From: an uncultured Bacilli bacterium
GTDB taxonomy: Bacteria; Bacillota_I; Bacilli_A; RF39; UBA660
Length of the DNA stretch: 64,000 bases
Direction: 5' to 3'
NCBI GenBank assembly: GCA_947626095.1
Contig: CANQQV010000001.1
Span: 98,009-162,008 of the forward strand
In this document: positions 51,256 to 61,450 of the stretch, in pieces
Numbering within the stretch: position 1 is the first letter of the stretch
Layout of the letters: each line of letters begins with the position of its first letter
Translations under genes and position numbers: made by a program
The notes under the pieces: generated by a model
The model's database searches: none
What the model was told of the DNA's origin: nothing
What the model saw: only the letters and a program-made list of their open reading frames with translations

Positions 51256-51696
51256 CTACTTTATTTTTCCTGTTAACCAGTCTAGTGATACCTTATACTT
51301 AATGCACATTTGATAAGCAAATGCTGTAAGGATTAAAGTTTTACCTGTTTCATAAGCATAGATAGTTGATTTTGTTGTATTAAGTTCTTTGGCTAGATCA
51401 TTATATGACATACCATGATCTTCTCTTATTTTCTTAATTCTCTTTCCTATTTCTTCTTTATTTAAGGTTGTTAGGTACTTCATATTTTTATAAGTTCTTT
51501 CATCAGATAGACTTAATACATAATCCATTGAAACCTTATAGTAATTACAAAGTGTATTTAAATGTTTTAATGGAATTATTTTAGTACCCTTTTCCCATAA
51601 AGAATAAGTTTGTTGTGTAACTCCTATTTCCTTTGCAATGTCTTTTTGATATAGGTCACTATATTCTCTTAAATCAAATAATCGTTTCTCATTCAT
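51256..51696 (-). CDS. tandem XRE-HTH regulator
   Basis: Two HTH_3-like repeats, each ending VS[M/L]D[Y/W]. Confidence 0.85.
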   Translation of the reverse strand: MNEKRLFDLREYSDLYQKDIAKEIGVTQQTYSLWEKGTKIIPLKHLNTLCNYYKVSMDYVLSLSDERTYKNMKYLTTLNKEEIGKRIKKIREDHGMSYNDLAKELNTTKSTIYAYETGKTLILTAFAYQMCIKYKVSLDWLTGKIK

Positions 51697-51822
51697 AAGA
51701 TTAATCACCATAATAATTTTCCCATCAAAAAGAAAATTATTCGTTTCCCACAAACAAATACGAACGATATGTGATATAATTATAAAGGTAGTAAATCTTA
51801 AACAAAAAATTGGAGGGATGAA

Positions 51823-52881
51823 ATGAAAGATGATTTTATCTTGGAAGATACAGAAACGACCAAGAGATTAAAAGAAATTTGTTTAAGTAGTAGTTATTCA
51901 TGTACTGGGGAAATTCGTAGATTGTTGAGTATGGAAGTGCTTCATAATCTAGTTAAGAAAATTCCTAAAGGCAATGTTAAATTATGTGGTAATATTTTGT
52001 TTGGAAGGGACAAGATTAGTAGCGAAGAAAAGTTTATTGAGAACTTGGATGATTATATCGGCTATGTCAAAGATCATTATCATATACAGCATAATGAGTT
52101 AACTTGTGTTTTAGAAGAAACTTTGAAAAGTAAATATTCAAAGATACTCTTTAATATGAAGGATATTCATAAAAAGGATAATTATATTCAGTTTCATGAT
52201 TCATTTAGAAAAATGTTCTTATTTAACCTATATGATAACATTCGTTTTTACTCAAAGTTTTCTGATAGTCGTTCTTTTACTAATATATTATTAGATGAAA
52301 TAAAAGAATATAATTTTGATAAACCCGAAGATGCTATTAAACTTGAAAAGTTATTTATTAAAATTATCAACAATAGAAAAGATAACTTATTTAATTCATT
52401 TGTACATCATAGTGAAGTTAGAGAGGATCAATATGATTTCTTTACTAATCAAATCGAATGGTTAATTGGTGATTATTATAAGGAAGGATCATATGATTTT
52501 GATTTAATGCATGATGATCACTATATTGAATTATTTAATAATGACACTTTGCTTTTTAATGTTATTTCAAAGAGTAAAGATGAAATTGTTGTTAGATTTG
52601 GAATTAAAAACAAAAACTTTAAAGGCGATAAAATAGTAAGATTTGGAAAAAATGAATTAGATATATTTTTAGAAAAATTAGTTTCTAAAGATCATACAAA
52701 AAAATATAAATTGGATATGCAACTAGTAGATGCAACATTATCTTTTGAGTTTTGGACTGATTATCATCATAATTTTTTAGATATTGCTTTTCAATATTCG
52801 AATACTGGTGATAAGTTTATTGTAGATTTAGAACCAGATGATATGCATAATTTATATAAAATTATAAAGAAACAAGTCTAA
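51823..52881 (+). CDS. hypothetical protein
   Basis: 352-aa ORF with GGAGG RBS. Confidence 0.7.
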   Translation: MKDDFILEDTETTKRLKEICLSSSYSCTGEIRRLLSMEVLHNLVKKIPKGNVKLCGNILFGRDKISSEEKFIENLDDYIGYVKDHYHIQHNELTCVLEETLKSKYSKILFNMKDIHKKDNYIQFHDSFRKMFLFNLYDNIRFYSKFSDSRSFTNILLDEIKEYNFDKPEDAIKLEKLFIKIINNRKDNLFNSFVHHSEVREDQYDFFTNQIEWLIGDYYKEGSYDFDLMHDDHYIELFNNDTLLFNVISKSKDEIVVRFGIKNKNFKGDKIVRFGKNELDIFLEKLVSKDHTKKYKLDMQLVDATLSFEFWTDYHHNFLDIAFQYSNTGDKFIVDLEPDDMHNLYKIIKKQV

Positions 52882-52888
52882 ACTTGTT

Positions 52889-54391
52889 TCAGATTGTTGA
52901 CAAAAGGGTATTATTTTTGAATAATGCCCTTTTTATTTTAGTTATTGACATTAAAATTGTTTTTTGAACATTATTTTTAGTCATATCCATTTTGTTTTCC
53001 CCTTTATTTGATTTCCACATTGCCATTTTCTTTAAATTGTAGCATGAAAAAATTAAGAGTACTTGGTTTTTATTTTTTTCTAAACCTCTTACTCTTGTAA
53101 ATCTTAATCCATGTTGTTCTTTACAAATTGCAAAAATACGTTCAACTGTTTCCTTTCTTTTTGGATACTCTTGTTTAAATAAATCTTCATATCTTTTTTG
53201 ATTTGCTTTATCTTTTTTATCTTGCCATATGTGTCTTGTTATAACTTTTTGATGATTTTTACTTTTTGTACACTTTTTTAGTAGAGGACATTTTGAACAG
53301 CTTTCTTTATTGGCTTTATATATTTTATATCCTTTTTTATCTATTGTTTTAAGTTCCAGTATTTCTCCTGTTGGACATACATAACAATCATTTTTTGCAT
53401 TATATTCATATTCTTTTTTTGAAAACATTTCTTTATCTTTTCTACCTTTTGGTCTTGAATATGGCATTAATGCTTCTTTTCCCGTATCTTCAATTTTTTT
53501 ACAAATAGCTGATGTATTATATCCTGCATCTAAACAAACATTATCTATTTCTTTATCGTAGTCATTCAACAACTCTTCATATACACTTTCAAATGCGACA
53601 CTATCATGAGTATTACCTGAATTTGTTGAACATGCTACAACAAAACCATTTCCATCACTAAAAGCTTGATGTGTATATGCAAAACATTTTTCATGTTCTC
53701 CTTTGTGATAGTATCCACTATCTGGATCTATCGTACTAGATTTTATATTTTTTTTCTTCTTGACTTCTATTTCTTCTCCTGTTTTTTCATCGAAATCTTT
53801 TTCAATTATTTCGATACTTTTAAATGGTTTTTTATTTAATTTTAAACGTCCTTCATTTATTTCTTTTAGTAATTCTTCATCATATGATTTTAATTCAATT
53901 TCTACTTCTAAGTCTTCATACTTGTTTTTATTTGCATTAGCCTTTTGATGAGTTCCATCTCCATATACTGTCTTCATATTTAACATTTTATATTCTTTTG
54001 CTTGTTTTAATATTCTTTTAAATATAGTTTTGAATATATCTGTATTTCTATATCTTCTTATATAGTTTTGACTCCAAGTACTATAATCTGGTATTTTATC
54101 ATCTATTGATAATCCCAAATACCATCTATATGCTAAATTTACTTCACACTCACTGCATGTTTTTCTCATCGAATTTATACCAAACATGTAATTTATAATT
54201 AACAATTTAAAAAGTACCAAAGGAGGAATACTTGGTTTACCAAATGCACTGTATAGATTTTCAACTTCATCTTCAATGAATTTTAAATCTATGACTTTAT
54301 CTAATTTTCTAACCAAATGTTCTTGAGGTACTATATCTTCTATCGTTTTTAATATTATACAATCATTTCTAAATTCTTGTCTTGACATCAT
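52889..54391 (-). CDS. IS1182-family DDE transposase
   Basis: GKPSIPP, DGTHQKANA, DAGY, RKETVERIFA. Confidence 0.9.
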   Translation of the reverse strand: MMSRQEFRNDCIILKTIEDIVPQEHLVRKLDKVIDLKFIEDEVENLYSAFGKPSIPPLVLFKLLIINYMFGINSMRKTCSECEVNLAYRWYLGLSIDDKIPDYSTWSQNYIRRYRNTDIFKTIFKRILKQAKEYKMLNMKTVYGDGTHQKANANKNKYEDLEVEIELKSYDEELLKEINEGRLKLNKKPFKSIEIIEKDFDEKTGEEIEVKKKKNIKSSTIDPDSGYYHKGEHEKCFAYTHQAFSDGNGFVVACSTNSGNTHDSVAFESVYEELLNDYDKEIDNVCLDAGYNTSAICKKIEDTGKEALMPYSRPKGRKDKEMFSKKEYEYNAKNDCYVCPTGEILELKTIDKKGYKIYKANKESCSKCPLLKKCTKSKNHQKVITRHIWQDKKDKANQKRYEDLFKQEYPKRKETVERIFAICKEQHGLRFTRVRGLEKNKNQVLLIFSCYNLKKMAMWKSNKGENKMDMTKNNVQKTILMSITKIKRALFKNNTLLSTI

Positions 54392-54562
54392 TATTTATCA
54401 CATCCTTAGTTTAACCACTAATATTATCTCATAAAAGCAATAAAAAAACGAGATATATGTGACAAACATTGGTTAAACTAAGTCATATCTCGTAATTAAA
54501 TTATAAAATAAATTTAAAAAAAAGAAAAGACCATTAACAAAATTTCTTTTGTCAACAGTCTG
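52890..54562 (-). mobile_element. IS1182-family insertion sequence with 20-bp target duplication
   Basis: TIRs CAGA(T/C)TGTTGACAAA; AAACAAGTCTAAACTTGTTT at 52870-52889 and 54563-54582. Confidence 0.9.
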
Positions 54563-54601
54563 AAACAAGTCTAAACTTGTTTTTTATTTGGAGGGATATA
54601 A

Positions 54602-56389
54602 ATAAAAATTAAAAAATACTTTAACTATTTTCTTTTATTCATCTTAACTTTTTTAGCATCCTCGAATATTTGCTATAATCTTACTCATATAATCGAAACA
54701 AATATAAAATTAACTTGGAATTTAAATTTCTTTCACTCCTTTCTAAAAACGATTACTGATGTTAGTTTATTATTTGGTTCATTATTGCTTATGTCAATTA
54801 TGATGTTATTTATATTGAAATATGATAAAGAATTTAAGTTAAAGCTAAATAAATTTAAAAAGATGCCTGAAGAAGACGGATCATATGAGTATGGATCTTC
54901 TCGTTGGGCTACTAAAAAAGAAATTAGAAAAAATTATAAGACATGGAATATCAATTCAAAATTAAAGTCAGGTGGTATTCCTGTAACTTATATGGATGGT
55001 AAATATTACTATTCGGATAAATTTGATCATACTTTGATTATTGGTTCTACTGGTTCAGGTAAAACTATCAGTTGTATATTGCCACTTATATTCAATTTAG
55101 GATGTGCTGGTGAGTCAATGGTTATAAATGATACTAAAGGCGAACTTTATTCTTATACTGCTGACTTTTTAAAGAAAAAAGGTTATAAGATTCGAATAAT
55201 CAATTTAAGAGATGCTCTTGCAAGTGATGGTTGGAACCCACTTCATTTACCTTATAAATATTATCAAAGTAATAATAAAGATGAGGCAGGAGATCTAATT
55301 GAAAACTTTTCTAAATCTTTATGTAAAAACTTATCATCTAAAGATATGTATTGGGAAAAGTCAGCAACTGCTGTTTTGTCTGCTTTATGTTATGCTCTTA
55401 TTGAAGATGCTCCTAGTGAGTCACAAGTAAATTTATATTCTATATATAATTTATTGGTTGAACATGGAAGTAAAACTATTGATAGATTCAACTCGTTAGA
55501 TTTATATTTTCAACAAAAACCTTTCGGTAGTTTAAGTAAGATGAGTTATGCTACTGGTTCTTTTGCAAAGGGCGAGACTAGAGCTACTCTTTTCTCTGTC
55601 CTAGCAACTGTCATCAAAATGTTTAGTGATACAGGAATTGCTAACTTAACTAGTCGTACTGATTTTGAATTAGATGATATTGGGAAAAAGAAAACTGCTG
55701 TATTTTTAATTATTCCTGATGAAAAAGAGTCTAGACATGAATTAGCATCATTGTTTATCGATCAATGCTATCAAGCATTAGTTAATACAGCTCAAAATAT
55801 GAAAGATGGTCGTATGCCTATTAGAGTTAATTTTATACTTGATGAATTTGCTAATATGCCACCTATAAGTTCTATATCAAATAAGATTACTGTCAGTCGA
55901 TCTCGTAATATTAGATTCTATTTAGTTTTACAAGATTTTGATCAGTTGAAAGAAACCTATAAAGATTCTGCAGGTACTATTAAATCAAATTGTACTAACT
56001 GGATTTATCTTCTGACTGCAGATAATGAAACAGCAAAAGAAATAAGTTCAAGGTTAGGAAAATATACTATTTCAAGTAACAGGGTTTCTACTTCTACTCG
56101 TTTGGAACAATTGGATTATAATATTTCGAATGATAAATCTTTAATTGGTCGTGAGTTATTGATGCCTGATGAACTTATGCGATTTAAATTAGGCGATGGC
56201 TTATTCATATCGGCTAGACAATACCCAATTAGATCTAAATTACTTCCTATTAGTCAGTATGGAATAAAAATAAAAATGTCATCCGTTCCTAAAAAAGCAA
56301 AAGACTTTACTATTGATTGCTTTAATCTTGATGAGTTTAGAAAGAAAAAAATACAACAAGACGATGATGGCAAGGTAGATTTAGTATAA
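54602..56389 (+). CDS. virD4: VirD4/TraG coupling protein (ATA start proposed)
   Basis: GSTGSGKT, DTKGEL, LDEFAN; first TM lies in the 61 codons upstream of the ORF-track start. Confidence 0.9.
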   Translation: MKIKKYFNYFLLFILTFLASSNICYNLTHIIETNIKLTWNLNFFHSFLKTITDVSLLFGSLLLMSIMMLFILKYDKEFKLKLNKFKKMPEEDGSYEYGSSRWATKKEIRKNYKTWNINSKLKSGGIPVTYMDGKYYYSDKFDHTLIIGSTGSGKTISCILPLIFNLGCAGESMVINDTKGELYSYTADFLKKKGYKIRIINLRDALASDGWNPLHLPYKYYQSNNKDEAGDLIENFSKSLCKNLSSKDMYWEKSATAVLSALCYALIEDAPSESQVNLYSIYNLLVEHGSKTIDRFNSLDLYFQQKPFGSLSKMSYATGSFAKGETRATLFSVLATVIKMFSDTGIANLTSRTDFELDDIGKKKTAVFLIIPDEKESRHELASLFIDQCYQALVNTAQNMKDGRMPIRVNFILDEFANMPPISSISNKITVSRSRNIRFYLVLQDFDQLKETYKDSAGTIKSNCTNWIYLLTADNETAKEISSRLGKYTISSNRVSTSTRLEQLDYNISNDKSLIGRELLMPDELMRFKLGDGLFISARQYPIRSKLLPISQYGIKIKMSSVPKKAKDFTIDCFNLDEFRKKKIQQDDDGKVDLV

Positions 56390-56392
56390 TTA

Positions 56393-56425
56393 TGTTATAA
56401 TATTTAGTGAAACAAATAGTAATTT
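56393..56425 (+). repeat. promoter plus AAATAGTAATTT site, copy 3 (followed by two genes)
   Basis: TGTTATAATATTTAGTGAAACAAATAGTAATTT then GTAGGAGG. Confidence 0.75.
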
Positions 56426-56439
56426 GTAGGAGGAAAATT

Positions 56440-56874
56440 ATGAAATTATTTAAAAAATCAAAAAATAATAATTTTGAGTTAATATGTGAAAAAATGGCAA
56501 ATGAGTTAATTAGTTTATATAATAAAAATAAAGGTATATCTTTTGAAAATATTTCTGAATTAGAAAGACAAATTTTAGCAGTATATTTTTTTGGTATGAG
56601 TGATGGATTAAGACAAGATTTAGCGACTAATTCAAATGTAAATGAAATAGCCAATATAATTATAAATATTATGATTAAAGATTTTAAGTATTCAAAAGAA
56701 CAAGCAGAACAATTCTTTGATGAAATGATAGATAATCTTCAAAGTAAAAATCCAAGCAACACCCATTATGCTATTATTCACAATGGTCTTGATGGTTATT
56801 TTAAATGGCAAAAAAATAACAAAAATGAAGTGATTAACGATATTTGTAAAATTATTGATATACTAAAAAAGTAG
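56440..56874 (+). CDS. Imm48-like orphan immunity protein (cassette-like cargo)
   Basis: ELERQILAVYFFGM and IIHNGLDGY; followed by AAATTACAATTT at 56879-56890. Confidence 0.6.
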   Translation: MKLFKKSKNNNFELICEKMANELISLYNKNKGISFENISELERQILAVYFFGMSDGLRQDLATNSNVNEIANIIINIMIKDFKYSKEQAEQFFDEMIDNLQSKNPSNTHYAIIHNGLDGYFKWQKNNKNEVINDICKIIDILKK

Positions 56875-56978
56875 CATTAAATTACAATTTATATAATCAA
56901 AAAAATCTAACTCTACTAATTGTAGGTGTTAAAAATTGTGTTAATATTATATAGTTGTTTTTGAAAGGAGCAAGAAGT

Positions 56979-58130
56979 ATGGATCAAGAAAAAATAGGAA
57001 AATTCATTGCAACTTGTAGAAAAGAACAAAAATTAACACAAGAGCAACTTGCTGAAAAATTAGGAATAACTTATAAAGCAGTATCTAAATGGGAATGTGG
57101 TAAGGGATTACCTGATGCATCTATTATGATGGAGTTATGCAAAATTTTAAAAATAACAGTTAATGATTTATTAAGTGGCGAAAAAGTTAAAGAAAAAGAA
57201 TATCAAGAAAAACTAGAAAAAAACATTATTGATACAATAGATTATTCTACCAAAAAATTATTTGAAAAAAATAAACTGATTTATCAAATGCTTATATTCT
57301 TTGGTTTAGTTTTAATCTTTATTGCCTTTACTAATTTTCCAAATGATAGTAGTTGGGGTTCTATTCATTCTATGATAGGATTACTTATTTCTACTTTTGG
57401 GATTGTTAATATAAAAAGTGGTAAAACTATTTTAAAAAAGATATCTTTGGGTATAGTTTATTTTATGATAGGTTTTATATTATTACTTTTACTTGATTAT
57501 TCTAATGTAGTATTAAATAAAGTTGCCCCTAGATTTTCTTATTTAAAAGAAACTGGGGATACTATGATTATTTATAAAGCACCTTTTTATAATGTATATA
57601 GAATAAATAGAGATACTAAAAATGAGTATTATATAATCGATACAAAAAAAGAATACACAGAAAGTAATATACCGATAACTCCATTTAATAGAGACAAATC
57701 AGGAATTGACAACATAATACAATATAAAAATAAATATGTTGGTAATAATAGTAATGATAGTCATTTAATAGATAACTTACCACTCGCTGAATATGGATAT
57801 GTATTTGAAATAGATTCTAAAAATCTAGGACTTATTATTGATTACCACATTACAGACTGGTATGTTAATGAGGGACATTATTTGGAAAAATCATTATTAT
57901 ATAATTCAGTATCAATATTTGCTTTAATAGATAATGTAGAACAAATTACTTTTAATTTTAGTGGGAATACATATATAGTAAGTAGAAAACAAATAAATGA
58001 ATTGTATCCTAATTTTAAAGATATAGTAAATAATGGAATTAATCAAAATAATTTCAATAAGTATTTAGAAAGCAAAATTAATGATAATAATTTTGTGGAA
58101 GATACATTTAAAAAAATATTTGTTAATTAA
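56979..58130 (+). CDS. XRE-HTH membrane regulator with DUF4825-like external domain
   Basis: MDQEKIGKFI...AVSKWE; TMs; KYVGNNS and FALIDNV; followed by AAATTATAATTT at 58129-58140. Confidence 0.8.
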   Translation: MDQEKIGKFIATCRKEQKLTQEQLAEKLGITYKAVSKWECGKGLPDASIMMELCKILKITVNDLLSGEKVKEKEYQEKLEKNIIDTIDYSTKKLFEKNKLIYQMLIFFGLVLIFIAFTNFPNDSSWGSIHSMIGLLISTFGIVNIKSGKTILKKISLGIVYFMIGFILLLLLDYSNVVLNKVAPRFSYLKETGDTMIIYKAPFYNVYRINRDTKNEYYIIDTKKEYTESNIPITPFNRDKSGIDNIIQYKNKYVGNNSNDSHLIDNLPLAEYGYVFEIDSKNLGLIIDYHITDWYVNEGHYLEKSLLYNSVSIFALIDNVEQITFNFSGNTYIVSRKQINELYPNFKDIVNNGINQNNFNKYLESKINDNNFVEDTFKKIFVN

Positions 58131-58145
58131 ATTATAATTTATTCG

Positions 58146-58171
58146 AGTAGAAAACCATCTACTCTTTTTTT
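58146..58171 (+). terminator. intrinsic terminator
   Basis: GAGTAGA-AAACCA-TCTACTC followed by T-run. Confidence 0.75.
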
Positions 58172-58189
58172 ATAGGAGGAGGAATAAAA

Positions 58190-58894
58190 ATAGTATTTGA
58201 AAAAAATAGTAGTTTGGAAGTAAGCCAAACTTTTTTTAATGAATTAGAAAAGAAATTAAAAAATGCACCAGATTCTTTGAATGGATATTATAAAACTTTT
58301 AATAATTGCCGAGAACAAGGATTAATGTTAACGATTTATAATGATAACGATAATGAAATATTGGTATGGGCTTGTGAAAGTCGTAATAGCGATAATATTA
58401 TGGTTATTACAGCTGATCGTAATTGTTCTGATATAAACGATATGTTTAATGATGTTGCATGGCAATCTGCTAAATATTTCAAATGTGGTGATTATGATTC
58501 AGCAGTTAATTATGCTTTTAATGTTATAAAAAAACAATTCAAAAATGATTTTCCTGAAATCTCTAATACAAAGTTTGAAATGTATAAATCTCTTTCGGAT
58601 ATTCAAAGAATAGAGGCAGATGCAAAACAATTAGATTATGAAGATTATAAAGATCTTGCTAATTTTGAAGATGTAAATGAAGGATATTTTTGTGATCTAA
58701 TAATTATGGATGGTAAGTTAGGTTTAAGATATTCAAAATATTGTGATGAATGCCATGATGAATTCGATAATCTTATCTTTGAAGAATGGCATCCCGATTT
58801 AACAAGTAGCACTACTTTAATGTTAGGGATGCAAAATAAATTAAAAGATTTTGTAGATAAAGAAATAGATTACGAAGTTAATATTGGCATTTAA
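58190..58894 (+). CDS. hypothetical protein (ATA start proposed)
   Basis: GGAGG, 7 nt, ATA in frame; ends NIGI. Confidence 0.65.
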   Translation: MVFEKNSSLEVSQTFFNELEKKLKNAPDSLNGYYKTFNNCREQGLMLTIYNDNDNEILVWACESRNSDNIMVITADRNCSDINDMFNDVAWQSAKYFKCGDYDSAVNYAFNVIKKQFKNDFPEISNTKFEMYKSLSDIQRIEADAKQLDYEDYKDLANFEDVNEGYFCDLIIMDGKLGLRYSKYCDECHDEFDNLIFEEWHPDLTSSTTLMLGMQNKLKDFVDKEIDYEVNIGI

Positions 58895-58910
58895 ATATAG
58901 GAGGTAAAAT

Positions 58911-59387
58911 ATGTTTGATGAAAACAAAATAAAAAGAATTAAAGAACAATACCCTAAAGGTACTGAAATAGAACTTATTAGTATGGAAGATTCTCAAGCT
59001 GTACCATCAGGGACACATGGGGTTGTAGATTTTGTAGATGATATTGGTACTATTTTTATGAAATGGGATAATGGTTCATCTCTTGGTTTGGTTGTTGGCG
59101 AGGATCAATTTAGAGTTGTTAAAAGACCAAATCTTGCTCGTGAAGAATTAGAAAAAGCAAAGAAACAACTTAAAGATAATGATACTTTATCTTTATTTAC
59201 TTATAACAAAGAAACAGGAAGTACAGGTGTTGCATCTTTCATACAAAATGAAAATAAAGTTAAAGTTTTTGAAGGAAACCCTGACGGATCTGATGATATC
59301 ATTATGGACTATGATGAATTTGTAAATAATTACAAATATGAGGTTGCTAATGAATTTGATAATCCTTTTAAGGATATAGGTATTTAG
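58911..59387 (+). CDS. DUF4314-domain protein
   Basis: YPKGTEIELISMED...VDDIGTI..WDNGSSLGL. Confidence 0.8.
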   Translation: MFDENKIKRIKEQYPKGTEIELISMEDSQAVPSGTHGVVDFVDDIGTIFMKWDNGSSLGLVVGEDQFRVVKRPNLAREELEKAKKQLKDNDTLSLFTYNKETGSTGVASFIQNENKVKVFEGNPDGSDDIIMDYDEFVNNYKYEVANEFDNPFKDIGI

Positions 59388-59398
59388 GAGGGATATAT

Positions 59399-59971
59399 AT
59401 AGAAGTTAAAAATATTTCTTGTAAGGAAGTAAAAGAATTACGAAAAGATGAATACGAATATTTAGTATTACAAGGTTGTGGTGGTGACCTTAATGAATGG
59501 GTTAACAGCTTTACTAAAATGTTAAAAGATGAAGGGATCGTAAGTGATTCCTTTTCTTTTAGTAGAGTTTATTCGTTTAAAAATAATGAGTTAACTAATT
59601 TACTTTTTCCACTCTTTGATAAGGATATTATAATGACAAAATTAGCAATGTTTAGACTAAAAATTAGGGATAACTTTGGAGCTATGTGGCTATCTGATTA
59701 TATTGATAATGGTTATATAAAAGACATAGAAAAACCTAAAGCCCCTATTATTGGAGCTGATGGTAATGTCTTTAATTTAATTGGGATATGTAGTCGTGTA
59801 TTAAGAAAAGCAGGATACTCAGATCAGGCAAAAGAAATGACTGATAGAATTACAAATTCAAAAAGTTATGATGATGCTCTTTCTATAATGTGTGAATATA
59901 TAGAACCAGTCGATCAAAACTATAATACCATTGATGTTTTTAGCGATGATGATATCGATATAGATATATAA
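59399..59971 (+). CDS. hypothetical ICE protein (ATA start proposed)
   Basis: GGAGG, 7 nt, ATA; LVLQGCGGDLNEW upstream of first ATG; GADGNVFNLIG domain. Confidence 0.7.
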   Translation: MEVKNISCKEVKELRKDEYEYLVLQGCGGDLNEWVNSFTKMLKDEGIVSDSFSFSRVYSFKNNELTNLLFPLFDKDIIMTKLAMFRLKIRDNFGAMWLSDYIDNGYIKDIEKPKAPIIGADGNVFNLIGICSRVLRKAGYSDQAKEMTDRITNSKSYDDALSIMCEYIEPVDQNYNTIDVFSDDDIDIDI

Positions 59972-59983
59972 GGAGGATTGAGG

Positions 59984-61012
59984 TTGTTAGAAGAACAATT
60001 AAAGAAAATAAATGAATTAAGTTTTCAAACAAATAAAACAAAAGATGTTCAAGAAAAAGAAAAATTAGAAGATGATATTAAGTCTATAATTAACGATCTA
60101 AAAAAACAAGCAATTGAAAGTTTTAAATCTGAAAGTGATGTTAAAAAGTTTTTGGATAATATCGTTAAATTTAATAATTATTCTTATAATAATCAATGTT
60201 TAATTTGGATGCAAAAACCTGATGCGAGTTATGTAGCACCACTTCGTACTTTTAATAAAATGGGATATCGTATTAACTCTAATGAAAAAGGTATTAAAAT
60301 ATTAGTTCCTACTTTTTATACTATTGTAAAAATTAAAACTGATGAAGAAGGCAAATATATAGTAAAACCTTTATTTAGTTTGACGGATGAAGAAAGAAAA
60401 AAATATGAAAACAAAGATGACGATTCTATTACTTATCATAGTCAAAAGTTAAGTAACTTTAAAATTGGGACTGTCTTTGATGCTAGTCAAACTACTATGC
60501 CATTAGATGCGATAGAAGAAAAATTAAATCCTGTATTAGAGGATGATCGTGCTAGTGGTATGGAAGATAACTTTATTAAAGCTATTTATCGTAATGGGTT
60601 CAAAGTTCGTTATGAAGAAAAGATAGAGTCAGGTGCTAAAGGTTATTGTGACTTTGAAAAAAATGAGATAGTTGTATTAAAAGGTTTAAGTAATCTTATG
60701 AGGTTAAAAGTAGTTATTCATGAATATGCCCACTCCCTTGCTCATAAGCATTTACTTAATAATAATATGGATTATCAAACAAATAGAAATAAATATGAAA
60801 CGGAGGCAGAGTCTATTGCTTATGTTGTATCAAAATATTTAGGTTTAGATACAAGTTCATATTCACAAATGTATTTATATTCTTGGAGTAAGGATAAAGA
60901 CTTTAAAGAAATTGATGATTCATTAAGTTCTATCGTTAACTATTCAAAAATGATTATAGATAATTATGAAAAAATTGTTTCTAAAGATTTAGAACAAAAT
61001 ATTGCTATATAG
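59984..61012 (+). CDS. ArdC-like ssDNA-binding antirestriction protein with HExxH domain
   Basis: FNNYSYNNQCLI, GIKILVP, VFDASQT, HEYAH, ETEAES. Confidence 0.8.
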   Translation: MLEEQLKKINELSFQTNKTKDVQEKEKLEDDIKSIINDLKKQAIESFKSESDVKKFLDNIVKFNNYSYNNQCLIWMQKPDASYVAPLRTFNKMGYRINSNEKGIKILVPTFYTIVKIKTDEEGKYIVKPLFSLTDEERKKYENKDDDSITYHSQKLSNFKIGTVFDASQTTMPLDAIEEKLNPVLEDDRASGMEDNFIKAIYRNGFKVRYEEKIESGAKGYCDFEKNEIVVLKGLSNLMRLKVVIHEYAHSLAHKHLLNNNMDYQTNRNKYETEAESIAYVVSKYLGLDTSSYSQMYLYSWSKDKDFKEIDDSLSSIVNYSKMIIDNYEKIVSKDLEQNIAI

Positions 61013-61024
61013 TGAGGTGTTCTT

Positions 61025-61438
61025 ATGATAATGAAACATAAAAGCATAGATCTATCTAGTCGAGTTGTTAATGGAATATATGATAAAGCAAATAAAAGTT
61101 TCAAAGGATTAGATGGAATTATTGAGGTTTTTAATAATACAAGAGATCAAGGTTATATTTTAAAAATATATGATTCTTATGATCCACAATATGATACTTG
61201 TATTTGGGTTTATGATGTTCCTTATGATGAAAAATTAGTTGTAATCTTTGGTAATAGATTAGATTGTAATAGTGATAATTCTTGGAATAAGGAAATGTTT
61301 GAAAGTAGAAAAGAATATGTCTTATCAGAGCATGGAGGTATTCTTGCAACTGTGACTCTTGTGACTGATGAATTATTTGATTACTTAAAAGAAAAGTATG
61401 ATAAAGATGAAAAAATGGATGTTCATCTAAATATATAA
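61025..61438 (+). CDS. hypothetical protein, weak paralog of the 58190 N-terminus
   Basis: FNNTRDQG versus FNNCREQG. Confidence 0.65.
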   Translation: MIMKHKSIDLSSRVVNGIYDKANKSFKGLDGIIEVFNNTRDQGYILKIYDSYDPQYDTCIWVYDVPYDEKLVVIFGNRLDCNSDNSWNKEMFESRKEYVLSEHGGILATVTLVTDELFDYLKEKYDKDEKMDVHLNI

Positions 61439-61450
61439 GGAGGATTAGAT

